A stretch of DNA of 64,000 nucleotides. Origin: Geosiphon pyriformis uo1 (lineage: Eukaryota; Fungi; Glomeromycota). The notes under the pieces were generated by a model. That model saw only the letters and a list, made by a program, of their open reading frames with translations, searched no databases and had not been told where the DNA came from. The stretch covers positions 592,719 to 656,718 of the forward strand of contig JAAOMT010000512.1 of assembly GCA_016748015.1 (NCBI GenBank), in the 5' to 3' direction. The first letter of the stretch is position 1. Each line of letters opens with the position of its first letter. The position numbers and the translations under genes were made by a program. Shown in pieces: positions 35,769 through 51,547 of this stretch.

Positions 35769-36180
35769 ATATCTTGAACAATCTTCTGTAATTATAGCTC
35801 TATACTTTCTTGTAAAAATAGATCTCAAAATAGCTTTAAGATTTTTTGTTAATACTATGATTCAAGTTGTCTCATAGTTAAGCCTTGCAAAAAAAAAATT
35901 GACATGAAAGGAAAAATTATTGATGCTAAATATATAAGAAACATTATCATTATGCTACAGAACAATTCTGATAAACCCTATATAATTAAATTACAAGAAA
36001 AGATTGCCCAAGCTATCTTTTTACTTCTCATAAAAATACCACAATTAACTCCAATTATATTGCACAAAGAGCTAGACTTTACTGTTAAAGATATTATGAG
36101 TTTGGATCAAGTAAAAAAAGAAATATATCAATTAATTTCTTAAAAGAAAAAAGTGACAAAGTGGAATTTATCTACATCAA

Positions 36181-37059
36181 TATTATTTATAGAAAAGAAT
36201 ACAAGAGAAATAGTAGAAAAAACAGATAAAAAAAATAGATCAATAAGAAAATAGTATTAAACATGTAAGTATATTGTTGGTAAATTATGGCATATTGCTT
36301 AACAATATAAACAATATCAGTAAATTAAGGTACATCATTCAGCAATGTAAGTATTACTCAAAAAATTATAGCACATTGCTTATGAATGTGTAAGATCTTA
36401 TAGAATATTAATTTTGTATATATAACAAGAGTATTAGAAACAAAAAAAACAAAACACACAACTAGAATTTTTAGTTAAGAAAAACAGTTAGAAACAGTTC
36501 AAAAATTCATATTACATATCAATAAATTATCAATTATCATTTGAATCCATATTATCATTGCTTGATTAAAAAATATTAATTATCTCTATTTTATTAACAT
36601 AAAGTATTGATAGAATTCAACACTTAATTACACTAGAACAATAGTTTTTAATTATGGCTATTAACAGAATACTAATTTTTTTTTTCTTTTATTTTCTTTT
36701 ATTTTGTTTTTTATTTTTTTTCTTTTATTGTTTACTAACTGATTTAAAAGATTAAGCACTAATTAATTAACATTAAAAATAGTTTGATAAAAGATCCAAA
36801 AATAAGAGTATAAGATTTATAACTTGACAGATAGCTTACCAAAAGAGCACAACTGTCAGAATAAACTGGTTACTACACTAAAGAAAGAAATTTGATGGAA
36901 TATTTCAGAAAACTACTAAAACCAATCATTAAATTTTTGTTTATTATACAAAAAACTTCAACACCAAAATCTTCAGAAATTACCAACATAATTCAGCTAT
37001 TGAGCACCAAGTTACAGGTTTGTTATTTGCATCAACATTCCAAATAATCACCTGTAATA
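36181..37059 (+). mobile_element. Solo LTR with A-like R/U5 and a different U3
   Basis: TATTATTTATAGAA...CACCTGTAATA; flanks TCAA/CTAA (from CCAA); no PBS. Confidence 0.78.
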
Positions 37060-39297
37060 CTAACACAGTCATTTCCATTTCCCAAATTGACAGTACATTC
37101 TCAAAGTAAATCAAAAAATCCAGGACCAAGTCTTATTATTCGAAGCTGATCCAGAAATCTGTTGTTTAGCTGATATTACTAATCTATATATCTCTGTTAA
37201 AACTCACAAATATTTCAAAATTTTCATTCACAATTTCATTAAAAATGTTATCAAAATTTTCAAAGAAACTTTTATTGGCTTCATTTTCTCTAACATTTAA
37301 AATCCTAAGAAACCACAGTTTATTTTGAACTTCACACAACTGTTTTTATTCTGTGATATTACTTTGCAAGTATAGAATTTGCCAAAAAAAAGTTGCTTGT
37401 TTACACCTAAAGAAATTGCTAAATTAAATTTAAAAAACTTGAATACTCTGTAACAAATACAATTCAAGATTTTTTTGAACCAATACACCAATGTTTTTGT
37501 CAATAAATGTAAATTAAAACATACTGAAATTGTAAAACACCAGATTAACACAGGAAATACATAACTTATTAAACAATAAGCCTATTGAGTAATTTCAACA
37601 GGCAATAACCTAATTAAATAAGAAGTACAATAAATGCTAAATAATAAGTTAATCAAAGAATTGTTAAGCTCTTGGTTCTTCTCAGTTATATTAATTACCA
37701 AGAAAAATAAGAAAATACAGTTTTGTGTAGACTATCAAAAGTTAAACAGTATTATTTAAAAAGATAGCTATTCTACTTGCCTAATTTAAAAAATTTTGAA
37801 TAATCTAAGAAAAAAAAAATGGTTCTCATTATTGAACCTAGCCAATAGATATTGACAAGTTGAAATGAATTTCAAAAACAAAAAAAAAATGGCATTTACC
37901 ACATAAGATAGAAATTTTGAATTCAATATAATGCTCTTTGGACTTTGCAATATTTTCATTACTTTTCAGCATCTTATGAATGTTATGTATAAGAAAATTT
38001 TTTGAAAATCAGTCATAATATATCTAAACAACACCAATGTATTCTTTGAAACATTTAATGACTACTTGCTTTATTTTTAACAAGTCTTTGACCACTTTTA
38101 GAGTGCTGAACTAAGACTCAACTCTGACAAATGTTTCTTTGAAAAGACTGAACTTAAATTTCTGAAACATGTAATAAGCAAAAACAGAGTAAAACCCAAC
38201 TTGGATAAAATCCAGAAAGTTAAAAATTTTCCAGTTCTGATCAATCTACAAGAATTACAAGAATTTTTAAAACTGGCAGGATATTACTACCAGTTTATTA
38301 AAAACTTCTCTGATATTACAAAACTCTTTTACTACTTACTATCAAAACATGTCTTATACTTATAAAGGAAAAAACAGCAATAAACATTCAATTATCTCAA
38401 ACAATATCTAATAATGACACTTATCTTGATCTATTCAAACTTTAATAAACATATTATCATTGTGACAGATACTTTAAAAAATACACTAGGAGCTATCTTG
38501 TCACAAATTAAACCAAACAACAAAAAACATTCAATTGTCTATGCCAGTTACAGCATTAATACAGCAGAGAAAATATATAATATAACAGATTTGTAATGTT
38601 TTGTCATCTACTAGACAGTACAAAATTGAAGATACTATCTTTGCCAATTATTCAATCTATATATTAATCATAAAGAACTTATTTGGTTACTCAGTAAACC
38701 ACAACTGGAAAAAAGATATGCACAATAGAATACTTATTTACAATAATTCTTATACAAGATTTATTATAAAAAAAAATTCAAGAATACTAATGGTAACAGT
38801 TTATTAAGAATAACACAAATCTAATCTCAAATCCATGAATACAATTACTTATTAGTAATTACACTAGTATTTATTAACCCTTCAGTTTAAAAAACTATTA
38901 TTTTGACAAATACAATGAAAAAAAAACTGTTTTATATAGTATGCACCTTAACCCAACTACAGAACATTTCAATAAAGATACTACTTTAGAGAAAACCACA
39001 AATCTATACTATTGGTCAACAATATATAAAAACATCTTTAAATATGTTCTTAACTATGACTTATGCCAATGAAAAAGAGAAGCCAGAACAATAGAACCAT
39101 TTTAACTCATTCCAGTTGAAAATCCATTTAATAGAATAAAGATTAATTTGGTTGGTCTTTTTTCAATTACATTTAAGGAAAATTGTTATATAGTTGTAAC
39201 TATAAACTACTTTATCAAATGGTCAAAAGCCAAAACAATTCAAGTGGCTGATGCTAAAACAGTAGCTAAGTTTATATATTAAGATCTAATTTGCCAC

Positions 39298-40260
39298 TGT
39301 TATTAGTAGAATTTTAACTATTAATTAGCATAAAATTACCTTTATAATTCTTATTATTAATTAGTATATATTATTATTATTTTAATTATTACTTATTATT
39401 TAATCAAATTATCAAATATTATTATTCAATTAATAATCCAATTTGTATCATAAAAATTAAAATGATCAAATTACACAATACCTTAAACTATTTAATATTC
39501 AAAAATTTGCCGAAATTAGCAAAAATTGACTAAAATAATTAATAGTTTGTAGTAATAACTTGTAATTTACTGAAATATATTTTTAGTTTACCAAAATTGT
39601 AACAAAGAGAAAAGTACAAGTTTAAAGACTAATACTATAACAAGTTGTATAAAAGAAGAGCTTTTTTCTTTAAGAAAATATATCTTACTATTTTATCTTA
39701 CTTTAGATATTTTAATTAGAACAAATCATCTCTTACACTTTCTTAAAAATTAAATAAAAATTAAATATTCAAAACCAAATTTTTAATTATTATACTTGTA
39801 ATTCAAAAACCCAACTAATATTTTAAAATTGATTAGCTACCAATTTCAATAATCTGTTAGTAACTTCAAGCCTGAATAAAAAATGATTCCCTTAACAGAA
39901 TTCTATTTTTTTTACATTTTTTTTATTTTCTTTTACTTTTTTTATCATAATCATTAGGGTAGTCTACAGACAAGATTCTTGTAGAAAAGTTAACTTTCAC
40001 AGCAAAGTAACTACATAATTTTAGTGAGCTTCTAGATAAGTAATTTTTGAGAAAAAGTTAACGTTTACTACAATGTAACTACATAAAGTAACTGGCATAA
40101 AATTGGCTATTTTACTTATAAGTTCAGCAGTTTAAATTATAAAAGATAATTTGAAGATAAATTCAGTTATTGAAGATCCAATTATTTTCAGAAAATGTGA
40201 ATTTACAACCAATAAGCATTAACAACATTCAAGAAAAGAGACCAAAAACCTTCAGTAACA
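39298..40260 (+). mobile_element. Solo LTR of family F inside the integrase of C
   Basis: TGTTATTAG...CAGTAACA; TSD CCAC/CTAC; splits the IN motif ICxHxCxKELL. Confidence 0.9.
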
Positions 40261-42326
40261 CTACCATAAATGTTCAAAAGAATTGTTATTTGACCAAAGA
40301 ACATATTTTGTTAATAGTATATTAACTGAACTAAGCCAATAGTTTGAAATAAAATAACTCTTATTATTATTATATTACCCATAAACAAATAAACTGGTAA
40401 AACAATTTAACCAAACACTGTATAAAGCATTAGCAAAAATAAGTTACAAAAATAAGATGTATTTATACTTTTTGTATTATTTGTATATTGAACATTAAAG
40501 CAAAATACTATTTAGTTTACACCATTTGAATTAATCTATAGAAAAAAAGCTATCTTATCTATTAAACAAAAAATACCTTTTTTTCCAACAGAAACAATTA
40601 CCAAAGAAAATTTTAAAATCATTTTATACCAAAGAACATACCAGCTTATAGAAATATTAGAAAACAATCATAGAATAGCAGCTGACAATATTAGCAAAGC
40701 TTAAAAACAACAGAAAAAAAGACATAATAATTGCTTACCTAACCAACCAATCAAATTCAAAATTGGAGACCAAATACTATTATATTGTATAAAAACTAAG
40801 AAACAGTGGAGTGAAAAGTTTGACCCAAAGTGAGATAGTCTATTTTATATACACAAAGTTTTAGGCAATAGAACTTACAAATTAAGATTAGAAAACAGAA
40901 TTTTAAAAAAAGTAGTACAAAAAACATCATCATTTGTATTTTAATTAAGAACACAGATTTTATTAATCAATCCAGATAATATATTCCAAGATCTAAAACC
41001 AATTATTGTCATTGAAACATAATTGACATATAACTGTTTAATTGGAAAATTTAAGTATATATAACAGCCAAAACAGCAAAAAAAATAATAGAACTTTTAA
41101 TATAGACTTTTTAGATCAAATTCTAAAACTTCTTAAACAATTATTTAAAGCAATTCAACAATTCACAACTCAAATAGAAATCACAATTAATAAAAAAAAG
41201 ATATAATATAAAAACAGAAGCAAAAAATGAGTAGATAAAAGTTTTATTAAAACTAAATGTTTTTATTTCTACAAACAATCAAGAAAAAAAAAAAAAAGAT
41301 ACATGTTGTTACCAGTAGAATTTTAGCTATTAATTAGCATGAAATTATCTTCATAATTCTTATTATTAATTAGCATAAATTATTATTATTTCGATTATTA
41401 CTTATTATTTAATCAAATTATTAAATATTATTACTTAATTAATAATTCAATTTGTATAATAGAAATTAAGATGATCAAATTACACAATACTCTGAACCAT
41501 TTAACATAGTCAAAATTTGCCGAAATTAATGAAAATTGGCCAAAATAATCAATAGTTCAGTAAAATAACTTGTAGTTTGCTGAAATGTATCTTTAATTCA
41601 TCCAAATTGTAGCAAAGAGAAAAGTGCAAGTTCAAAGACTAGTATTACAACAAGTTGTATAAAAGAAAAGCTTCTCTTTTCAAAAAAATGTATTTTCTCA
41701 TAGTATTTTACCATAGCATTCTACTTTAGATATCTTAATTGAAACAAATCACCTTTTATACATTCAAATAAAAATTAAATATTTGAAAAACAAATCCTTA
41801 AAATTATTACACTTGAAATTCCCTCAACACAACTAACGTTTTAAAATTAATTAACTATTAATTTCAATAAACTGTTAGTGACTTCAGGCCTGGATAAAAA
41901 ACGTTTTCCTTGATAAAATCCTATTTCTTTTACATTTCTTTTATTTTTCTTTTATTTTCTTATTACAATTATTAGGATAGCCTACAGACAAAATTCCTGT
42001 AGAAGAGTTAACTTTTACAGCAAAGTAACTACACATTTTTAGTGAGCTTCCAGATAAGCAATTCCTGGGAAAAAGTTGATGTTTACTACAATGTAACTAC
42101 ACAAAGTAACTGGCACAAAATTGGCCATTCTATTTATAAGCCCAGCAGTTCAAATTATAGGAGATAATTTAAAGATAAATTCAGTTACTGGAGGTCCAAC
42201 TACTTCCTGAGAATGTAAATTCACAGCAAATCAACATTAACAACATTCAAAAAAAGTGACCAAAAACCTCTGGTAACATTTGGTGCTCTCTCATAGAAAT
42301 AACACAGCAATAACAACTTTAAAGTA

Positions 42327-45300
42327 GTGATTACACCAGACACAACAACTCTAGAGTATTATCAGTCAATTTACACCCATTGCAAACAGAGATTCAACAT
42401 TCCAAACGGAATTGAAATTGTTAAGAAAACATTTTACCAGTATATTGAAAACTGCATCAACAATTATCTTCTTAGAAATTACAATATTTCAGAAGTTAAA
42501 AGGAATCTTTACAATAATTTAGTGCACTATTCACAGTTGAAAACTGAAGATCTTAACAGTAAAACACTTGTTATCTACTTTCAAGAACTTAATTTTAACA
42601 TTATCAAGTATTGTAAAGAAACATATCCAGTATAGTCTAAATACTTTATTGACTTTAAATCAGAGACAGAAACAAGTAACAAAGACAAACAAAAACTAAA
42701 ACAACACTTAAGTACTCCAAATACTCCAAAGGCACCAAAGACAACTATCAAACATTTACAAACATCTGAACAAGAAACCAGTATCAAATTACCACTTTCT
42801 ATTACACTATTTTCAATTTTACTTGCTCAACCACAAACACCAAATTCACTACTTAACTATTTCTTTAGACCAGAAGATTTTCAGTCACCTAAAAATCCTA
42901 CTCAACAGCAGGAACCAATATCAACCAGCACTAATTTTCTTAACTACTTACAGGAAAATAAAAGTAATTATTCAGAGAACCTGGAAAGTAAAAAAACTGA
43001 ATCAGAACCAGAAGAAACTACAGAAAATAAAGAAAAAATGGCAACTGCTTATATTGCAAAAATCCCAGAATTTACTGGTGAAGATAATGATACCAGCTCT
43101 CAAGAATGGCTTGACAAAATTCAAAAAGCAGAAGATACAAATGGTTGAAATGCAGCAAGAATGCTCAAAGCAATTCCAAACTTTCTCCAAAGAACTGCAG
43201 AAGAATAGTTTGAAAACTTAGAAGAACTATTTGAAAACTGGCAAGCATTTAAAGATGCTTTCTTACAACAATTTGCTAACAACAACATCTCTATTACTCT
43301 TCACAATTGCTTTTACAATATCAAACAAGAAACATCTAAAACTATTATAATCTATCTTGGAAGATTTAACAAACTTCTTCAACGAATTTGACAATTAGAA
43401 ACCAATAAATACTATTCTAATGCCCAGATTTTGAATCAGTTTATAGCAGGATTGAAAGACAAATTAATCAAGAAAGTTTGTCTACATGCCCCAAAAAATT
43501 TAGCAACAGCTATTAGACATACAAAGAACTATAAAATGGCAATGAAAGAAGCAAATCATATCAAACTTATGAATCTTGCTATTAGAGAAACCAGCTCAGC
43601 AGCTAAAAAGAAAATTGACCAACTTACAAAGAAAGTTGAAAACTATTTTACCAACCAATAACAACAGCAACAATCACAAAAATATTAGCCATTACAACAA
43701 CAAAACCAAAACAACTACTCATTATCAAACAGCCAAAACCAAAGTTGCCACTATTGTGGGATTCCAGGACATTGAAAACGAGATTGCAGAAAGCTACAAA
43801 GAGACCAACAAAACAGGAGTAATTAATATTACTTTTCAATACAGCAATCTCATTATCAGCCTTCACCACCAGCCTACTATTCTTTAAGACTCCAACAGCA
43901 AACCAATTACTATTAATCTGCTCTACAGCAACAATATTAACAATCTCTACCAATTCAACAGTATTAGTCACCTATGCAATAATATCAAATACCAGCCCAA
44001 AAATTGGTTCAATATAACCAATTCACACCTTAAAATCAATTCAATAATAATAACAACAGAATCAACCCAAACAACTAGTTAGTTCTCCAAAATTCTGGTC
44101 AGCAGAGACCCAATCACTATCATACTCAATCCAGTTATCTTACAATGCCAGAAGAATTGAATTTTCAACAAACTACACTTTCTAAAAGTGAAGTTGCAAC
44201 ACCAAGATCAAACTCTTCCAAAAATACTATTCTATCAGTCCAAATTGCTCAAAATGCCAATTTTTCAGATATATTCCCATTCGAATTTAAAGCAAATAAA
44301 TCACCATTCCTGCTTAGCAATGCAGCAGTTAATAAACAAAAAGCAATAACAGCAATGTATATTGAAGCTGAAGTTAAAGAAAAACCCCATTTAGTTAATT
44401 TTAGACAGTAAATTAGCTGGAAGTATTATTACCTACCAATTAATACAACAATTTAATCAAAGTGTTAACAGACCAGCCCAAACAGTAATTGTTATAGCAG
44501 ATAGTATGAAGAAGACACCAGTAGGAGAAATTGACAACTTTCTATTCACTATTAATGGAATTATTATTCCAGTCAAAGTTTTAATTATGAATGTATCATA
44601 ATACTAAACTCTTGTCAGAAATGATTGGCTTCTTAAGGCCAATGTAAATTTAGATTGGAAAACCCAAAAATTGAAGATTTTATACTAAGAACAATATATC
44701 AGAGTACCTGCCATGTGTAGTATCTTTAATAAAAAATCTGGAAAAATCTCAGTATTCGAATTTGAAGAGAAGAAAGAACTACCAATTACTGAAACCTTTA
44801 TGGTTTTTGGATCAACATCCAGTTGGGCTGAGAAAACAGAACAAGAAATCTTTGAAGAAACCAAAGGATGGAATGTAGTTAGATATTTCACATCAGAACC
44901 ACAGAAACAACCACCCTACATCTTACTTAAATGCAAAGATTGCAACAAAAAACTTTTATCAATGGGAGCATGTATTTCTTTAGAAGAGAAATATGAAACT
45001 TGTATCTGTTACTTTTGCAAAGCATGCCATAGAAACGATTTGAATATCCCAAAAGAAATGGAAAATGGAACAACACTCCTTGTCTCATATGTGGAAATAT
45101 GCTACTAGAAAAATACAACTGGATTGATGTTGCAATGAGAGGAGGAGTATGTAATCAAACTTGTCAATATGTTCTATTAATCTCAGAAAAAGTCAAAAGA
45201 GGAACACTATTTGATGCAATATATAATAGTGCTATTAATAAACTCTACCACTACTCTTATAATGCTAAAATAATCTTTAATTTAGCAATAGCTTTAATTA

Positions 45301-48300
45301 ATGGAGCCACACAGAAAAATATCTATTAAATGAAAAAAGCTGAGTACATTGAATACACAATAGAATTAGCTAGATTCAACTATGAAGATAAAGTAGAAAC
45401 ATATTACCAAATTGCAAGCCATACATACTCAACTCAAGAAGCTCAAATTCAATGATTAAAGCAAATGAACATTCAATTGTGTGAAAAATACATTATGTTT
45501 TGTGATGACAAATAGTGTTCAGAATGCTATGCTCTTAGCATTTTTTTATCCAGTGAAAATAACCAAAAAAAAATCAAATTCAGAGAACATAAGCCAGAAG
45601 AAGAAAGTAAAACAATTCTAATCTATCTTATTGAAAACCAGTCTGCTATACAATTTAAATACTTTGACAATAATAGAAAAGAAATAAAACCAGAAAAAGC
45701 CCATGAAATTAATGCAAGATATGATTTAAAATATCCTGACAAAGATACTTTGGTCCTCTAACCAAAATCCTTAACCAAAATTAATCTCAAAATTGCTCTT
45801 AAAATACTACCAAGAGCAATAGTACAAATTGTTTTCCAATTATTATTGGCAAGCAAAGGAATCAATATTAGAAAAAGAGTTATAAATGTAGGATATATTG
45901 GAAACATTACTATCATGTTACAGAATAAAACAAACAAACAAATCATTCAGAATTGAACATGCTAAAAAAATTGCCCAAGCAATTTACCTATTCTTAATTA
46001 ACATTTCGGGTTTACAATCAGTAAACAACAAAAAACAATTGGGAAAATATGAAAGAAGAACTCAAGATTTTGGTTCAACTGAACAATTTACAGTGCCAGT
46101 AAACATAGCTCTCAATGTATAGAATGAATCTTACCAGATTCTTTAACTTCCCCAACCAATTACTATTTCATCTTTTGGAGAACATCAAGAAATTTATACT
46201 TGCTCAAAACCCACCACTACCCAACAAATCTTTGAAGCCAATAAACAAATCTGTTTAAAACATAAAATCTCAATCCCAAACATTTATATTTCCAAAGAAA
46301 TAAAAAAATTTCAAGTTATATTCTACAACCTCAATAATTACTCTATTGTCTTATTAAATAAATTAGAGATTGGAATCATACACAGCAATATCTTTCAAGA
46401 TGAAAACCCTCAAATTGTCTTTAATTTTATCGAAATTATAAGACAAACACTACTTCCAAACCCAAAAATCATCCCTATTACTGAAAACTACTACTTTTTG
46501 AAAGAAAAACTTTCTTGAATCAATATGGGTCTCTTAGAACCTCAACAACAAAGACAATTGAAACAGCTAATAACTGAATTCACTAACATATTTGCAAAAA
46601 ATAACAATGATCTTGGAAAAACAAAAATTGTTTAACATTAAATCCACACAGGAGATGCTCTACCAAAACATCAACAAGCTTATTAGTTACCACTTGCCAG
46701 TCACCAATTTATTAGGAAAGAAGTTCAAAGAATGTTCAATAACGGATTGATTCAACCATCAAGAAGTCCTTGGGCCTCACCAGTAGTTTTTGTTAAAAAG
46801 AAAAACGAAAAAATCAGATTCTGTGTAGATTATCATTAGCTCAACAGCATAACAATTGGAGATGCCTATCCTCTTTCAAGAATTGATAACATGCTAGATG
46901 CTCTAGGAAAAGCCAAGTTCTTCTTAACTTTAGACTTGGAAAGTGGATATTAACAAGTTAAAATGAATTCAAAAGACCAACCCAAAACAGCATTTACTAC
47001 CCAAGAAGAAAACTATGAATTTGATGTCATGCTGTTTGAACTCTGCAATACACTAGCAACATTTTAGTGACTTATGGATGTTGTATACAAAAGACTTTTA
47101 TGACAATCAGTAGTTGTCTATCTTGATGACACTGATGTGTACTCACCAAGTTTTGAAGCTCATCTTATCCACCTGTAAAAAGTTTTTCAATAATTATAGA
47201 AAGCAGGATTGAAGTTAAACATTGAAAAATGTCACTTTGGAAAAACAAGTTTAATCTTTCTTGGACATATTGTCAGCAAAGATGGAGTCAAACCAAATCT
47301 TAGAACAATTAGTGCTGTCAAAAACTTTCAACTTCCCAAAAATACTACAGAACTACAAGAATTTGTAGGATTAGCCTCTTATTATCGAAAATTCATTAAA
47401 GAATTCTTAGAGATTGCTAAACCACTCAATTATCTTACCAACAAAAACATGCCATATCAATAGACTGAAGAACAACAAAAAGCTTTTGAAACTCTCAAAA
47501 CAAAATTAATAACAGCCCCAGTTTTTGCTTATTCAAACTTCAACAAACAGTTTCAACTAGTCACTGATGCTTTACACATAGCATTTGGTGTCATCCTATC
47601 ACAATTGGATGAAAATGGCCAGAAACAAGTTATTGCATATGCCAGTAAAATACTTAAACCAACAGAATTCAAATATAGCTCAATTGAATTAAAAGCTGCC
47701 ACAGTCATTTGGACTCTTAAACATTTTCAAACAATACCTGAAAAATAGAAAAAAATTTGACATCATAACTGACAATATTGGCTTCAAATAGCTTAATAAA
47801 AAAAAAACTGAACAAAATGCCAAACAGTCTTAATGGAATTATTTCCTAGCAGACTACAAATATATTGTGTACTACAAACCAGAAAAACTACACACCAATA
47901 TTGATAGCCTCTCAAAAATAAAACAAGATTAAAACCAACAACAATTCCATCACTATTTACCAAACTACTAACAAAATAACCAAACAACAATGGATCACAA
48001 AAATTACAACAACATTAAAAACTATTTGAAGACTCTTACCATGTCAAAAAATTAGTCTCCAAGTAAAAAACATTGATTACAACCCCAATTCAAACAATAT
48101 TTCATACACCACAACAAAATTTATTACAAAAATCGCAGAAATCTAAACCAATTACTCAGATTAGTACAAGAGAACAAAAAAGAAACAATTCTATACAACA
48201 TGCACACAGATCTTTTTTCAGCACACTTGAGAAGAGATAGAACAATTTAAAGAACTTTTGAACATTATTTTTGGCCTTACATGTAAAAAGACATTTGACA

Positions 48301-49353
48301 ATATATAGAATCTTGTGATAGTTGTCAAAGAAGATGAAAAACTCACCCCATAAAACTTTTAAATCCAATCAAAGTTGGACAACCTTTTGACAGAGTTGGA
48401 ATTGATTTAGTCGGACCATTACCTATCACAACCCAAGGAAATTGTTATATTGCAGTTGCAGTAGATTATCTTACCAAATGGCCTGAAACTAGAGTCATCC
48501 AAAGAACAGATGCAAAATCAGTAGCAAATTTCATCTATAAAGACATTATTTGTAGACATGGATGCCCAATTAAACTTTTATCTAATTAAGGAACACATTT
48601 TGTGAACAACTTGATACAAGAAATTTGTGAACAATTCAATGTTAAAAGACCTTTATTATTACCTTATTACCCCCAAACAAATGGACTTGTAGAACATTTC
48701 AACAGAACATTGTGTGAATCTTTAACCAAAATCTCAACAGATTTTGAGCAGAAATAAGATATTTTTATTTCATCAGTATTACTAGCATACAGAACACTAA
48801 AACAAGATACTATAAAGCACATATTATTTGATCTTACTTATGGAAAGACAGCAACACTACCAATTAATTTCACAGTAGAAACATACTCAATACAACCAAT
48901 TAATGAAGAAAATTTTCAAGAAATTTTTCTTAGTATACTGGAAAGAAAAAGACAGATAGCAGCAACTCATATTAAATACTCCCAAGCTCAACAAAAAGAA
49001 AGGCATAACAACAAACTACCACCAGTCACCAACGAATTTAAAATTGAAAATAAAGTTTTCTTATACAAAACTAAGGCTGAAAAACAATGAAGTGGAAAAT
49101 TTGAACATAAATAGGATAGACTATTTTATATTTACGAAATTCTAGGCAATAAATCATACAAATTAAGACTTGATGACAAAGTATTGACAAAAATTGCACA
49201 TGAGGATAGATTAAAACACTATTATTTCAAAAACAATCCTGAATCATTAATTTCACAAATTGGTCCACATTCCTCTTTAATTAATCCTGAAGATATTCCC
49301 CAAAATTTAGGACCAATAGTTATAATAAAACAACAACCAAACTTAAACAATTA
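42327..49353 (+). pseudogene. gag-pol of element F
   Basis: IPEFTGED, CHYCGIPGH*KRDC, LILDS, CKDCNKK, KIAQAIY..DFGST, intact YLDD (~47119), IDLVGP, YYPQTNGLVE. Confidence 0.93.
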
Positions 49354-49518
49354 ATTTAACATTGTTACAAAAACCCTTTTAAATACACAAAACATAAAAC
49401 AAAAATAGTAAATAATTACAAGAAACATTCAAACCCAAAAACAAATAAAAATCTTATACCCAAAAAATAGTTTTCTTTATTCTTTTTAAAAAATTACTTA
49501 TTAATTAGTTATTTTATC

Positions 49519-50085
49519 ATGATTATTCCTCGAAATATTCAACAAATATCCCAAAAATTAATGTTAGTCTTAAAAACACTTCTTAACTTATCTATAATGA
49601 TTAATGGAATTCAATTACCAAAACTTTTGAAGCAAGTACTAAAAGAAAACCTTTTATTTGTTCCTATTGACATTTTACCAAATGTCACAATTCAACAAAA
49701 ACTTCTACTATTTCTTAATGAACAAAACAATAAACATACCTTTATCTATAAATATTTTTATATTAGAAAAACACTTCATAAATAAAAACTAGAACTTGAA
49801 GCAACACACATTATTTCTAAAGCGATTCAAAAACAAATTCACAATAAATTCAAGACAGCAGCTGGACTAATAAACACTTGCTACAAACTTAGAGCAGCAT
49901 TTAGACTCTATAATTTATTTAACACTTGTAAAAATGTTCTACAAAATTCAATACTTTAGCCAATAAAAATTCAATATATTGGAAAGCTCACAGAACTGAA
50001 ATTTCAACCAAATTACTTCAATTATATTGGACTACTATCTTAACATTACAAACAGTACTTAAACTTTGATAAAGCTCAGTCTTGA
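49519..50085 (+). pseudogene. Extra ORF3 of element F
   Basis: ..KLRAAFRLYNLFNTCKNVLQNSIL*PIKIQYIGKLTELKFQ..NFDKAQS*, with the stop overlapping the PPT. Confidence 0.72.
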
Positions 50086-51547
50086 GGAGGAGATTATGTT
50101 ACCAGTAGAATTTTAGCTATTAATTAGCATAAAATTACCTTCATAATTCTTATTATTAATTAGCATATATTATTATTATTTCGATTATCACTTATTATTT
50201 AATTAAATTATCAAATATTATTACTTAATCAATAATCTGATTTGTACAATAGAAATTAAGATGATCAAATTACACAATATTTTGAACCATTTAACATAGT
50301 TAAAATTCGCTGAAATTAATAAAAATTGGTCGAAATAATCAATAGTTCAGTAAAATAACTTGTAGTTTGCTGAAATGTATTTTTAGTTTACCCAAATTGT
50401 AGCAAAAAGAAAAGTGCAAGTTCAAAGACTAATACTACAACAAGTTATATAAATGAAGAGCTTCTTTTTTTAAAAAAATGTATCTTTTCATAGTATTTTA
50501 CCATAGCATCCTACTTTAGATATCTTAATTGAAACAAATTACCTTTTATATATTCAAATAAAAATTAAATATTTAAAAAACAAATCCTTAAAATTATTAT
50601 ACTTGAAATTCCCTCAACACAACTAACATTTTGAAATTAATTAGCTACCAATTTCAATAAACTCTTAGTGATTCCAGGTCTGAATAGAAAACGTTTTCTT
50701 TGATAAAATCCTATTTCTTTTATATTTCTTTTATTTTTTTATTATTTTCTTATTACAATTATTAAAGTAGTCTACAGACAAAATTTCTGTAGAAAAGTTG
50801 ACTTTCACAGCAAAGTAACTACACATTTTTAGTGAGCTTTCAGATGAGCAATTCCTGGGAAAGAGTTAATGTTTACTATAACATAATTATACAAAGTAAC
50901 TGGCACAGAATTGGTCATTTTACTTATAAGTCCAACAGTTTAAATTATAAGAGATAATTTGAAGATAAATTCAGTTACTGGAGGTCCAACTACTTCCTGA
51001 AAATGTGAATTCACAGCAAATTAACATTAACAACATTCAAAAAAAGAGACCAAAAACCTCCAGTAACAATCTCAAGCAAAGTTTAAAGAAATTAAAAAAG
51101 CTTTAAACAGGATAATTGAAGAATCAGTAACAAAAGAATAGACACCCAAAAACTTTAGAATATGGAAAAAAAAACTTTCATTAATCTACTGGTTCTATAA
51201 AATTAGTGAACAGATAGGATTAAAAACACTATATAAAAATCTTAATTAACAAATATTTAACAAAAAAGCTCTTAAACAAGTAGAAGTATTCATAAGAAGA
51301 AATAACTTAATACTACACTACAAAGCAGCATACTAATTATATGCAGCATTCAAATACTGTCCAGCCATACTATTAAACAGCTCTTTAAAAATTATTACAG
51401 TCAATAACATAAGATAAATAACAAATACACAGTTTAAAAACCTACAAAAAGCAATATTTGACACAACAATCAAACACTATATAAAAAATACAACTATTAT
51501 AAATATATATAATTTTGCAAAAACTCAATTTTAAAAGAAAAGGATAA

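Larger units (their letters stand above)
35769..41020 (+). pseudogene. Remainder of C pol: dUTPase, RT, RH, IN (split by two solo LTRs)
   Basis: KIIDAKY..EKIAQAIF, FCVDYQKLN, YLNN, IVYAS, INLVG, KFDPK. Confidence 0.85.
41307..51068 (+). mobile_element. Full-length Ty3/Gypsy element F (9,762 bp, dUTPase-bearing), inserted in ORF3 of C
   Basis: 972-bp LTRs 41307-42278 and 50097-51068, PBS TGGTGCTCTC at 42281, PPT GAGGAGGAGA at 50084-50093, flanks ATGT/ATCT. Confidence 0.94.
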
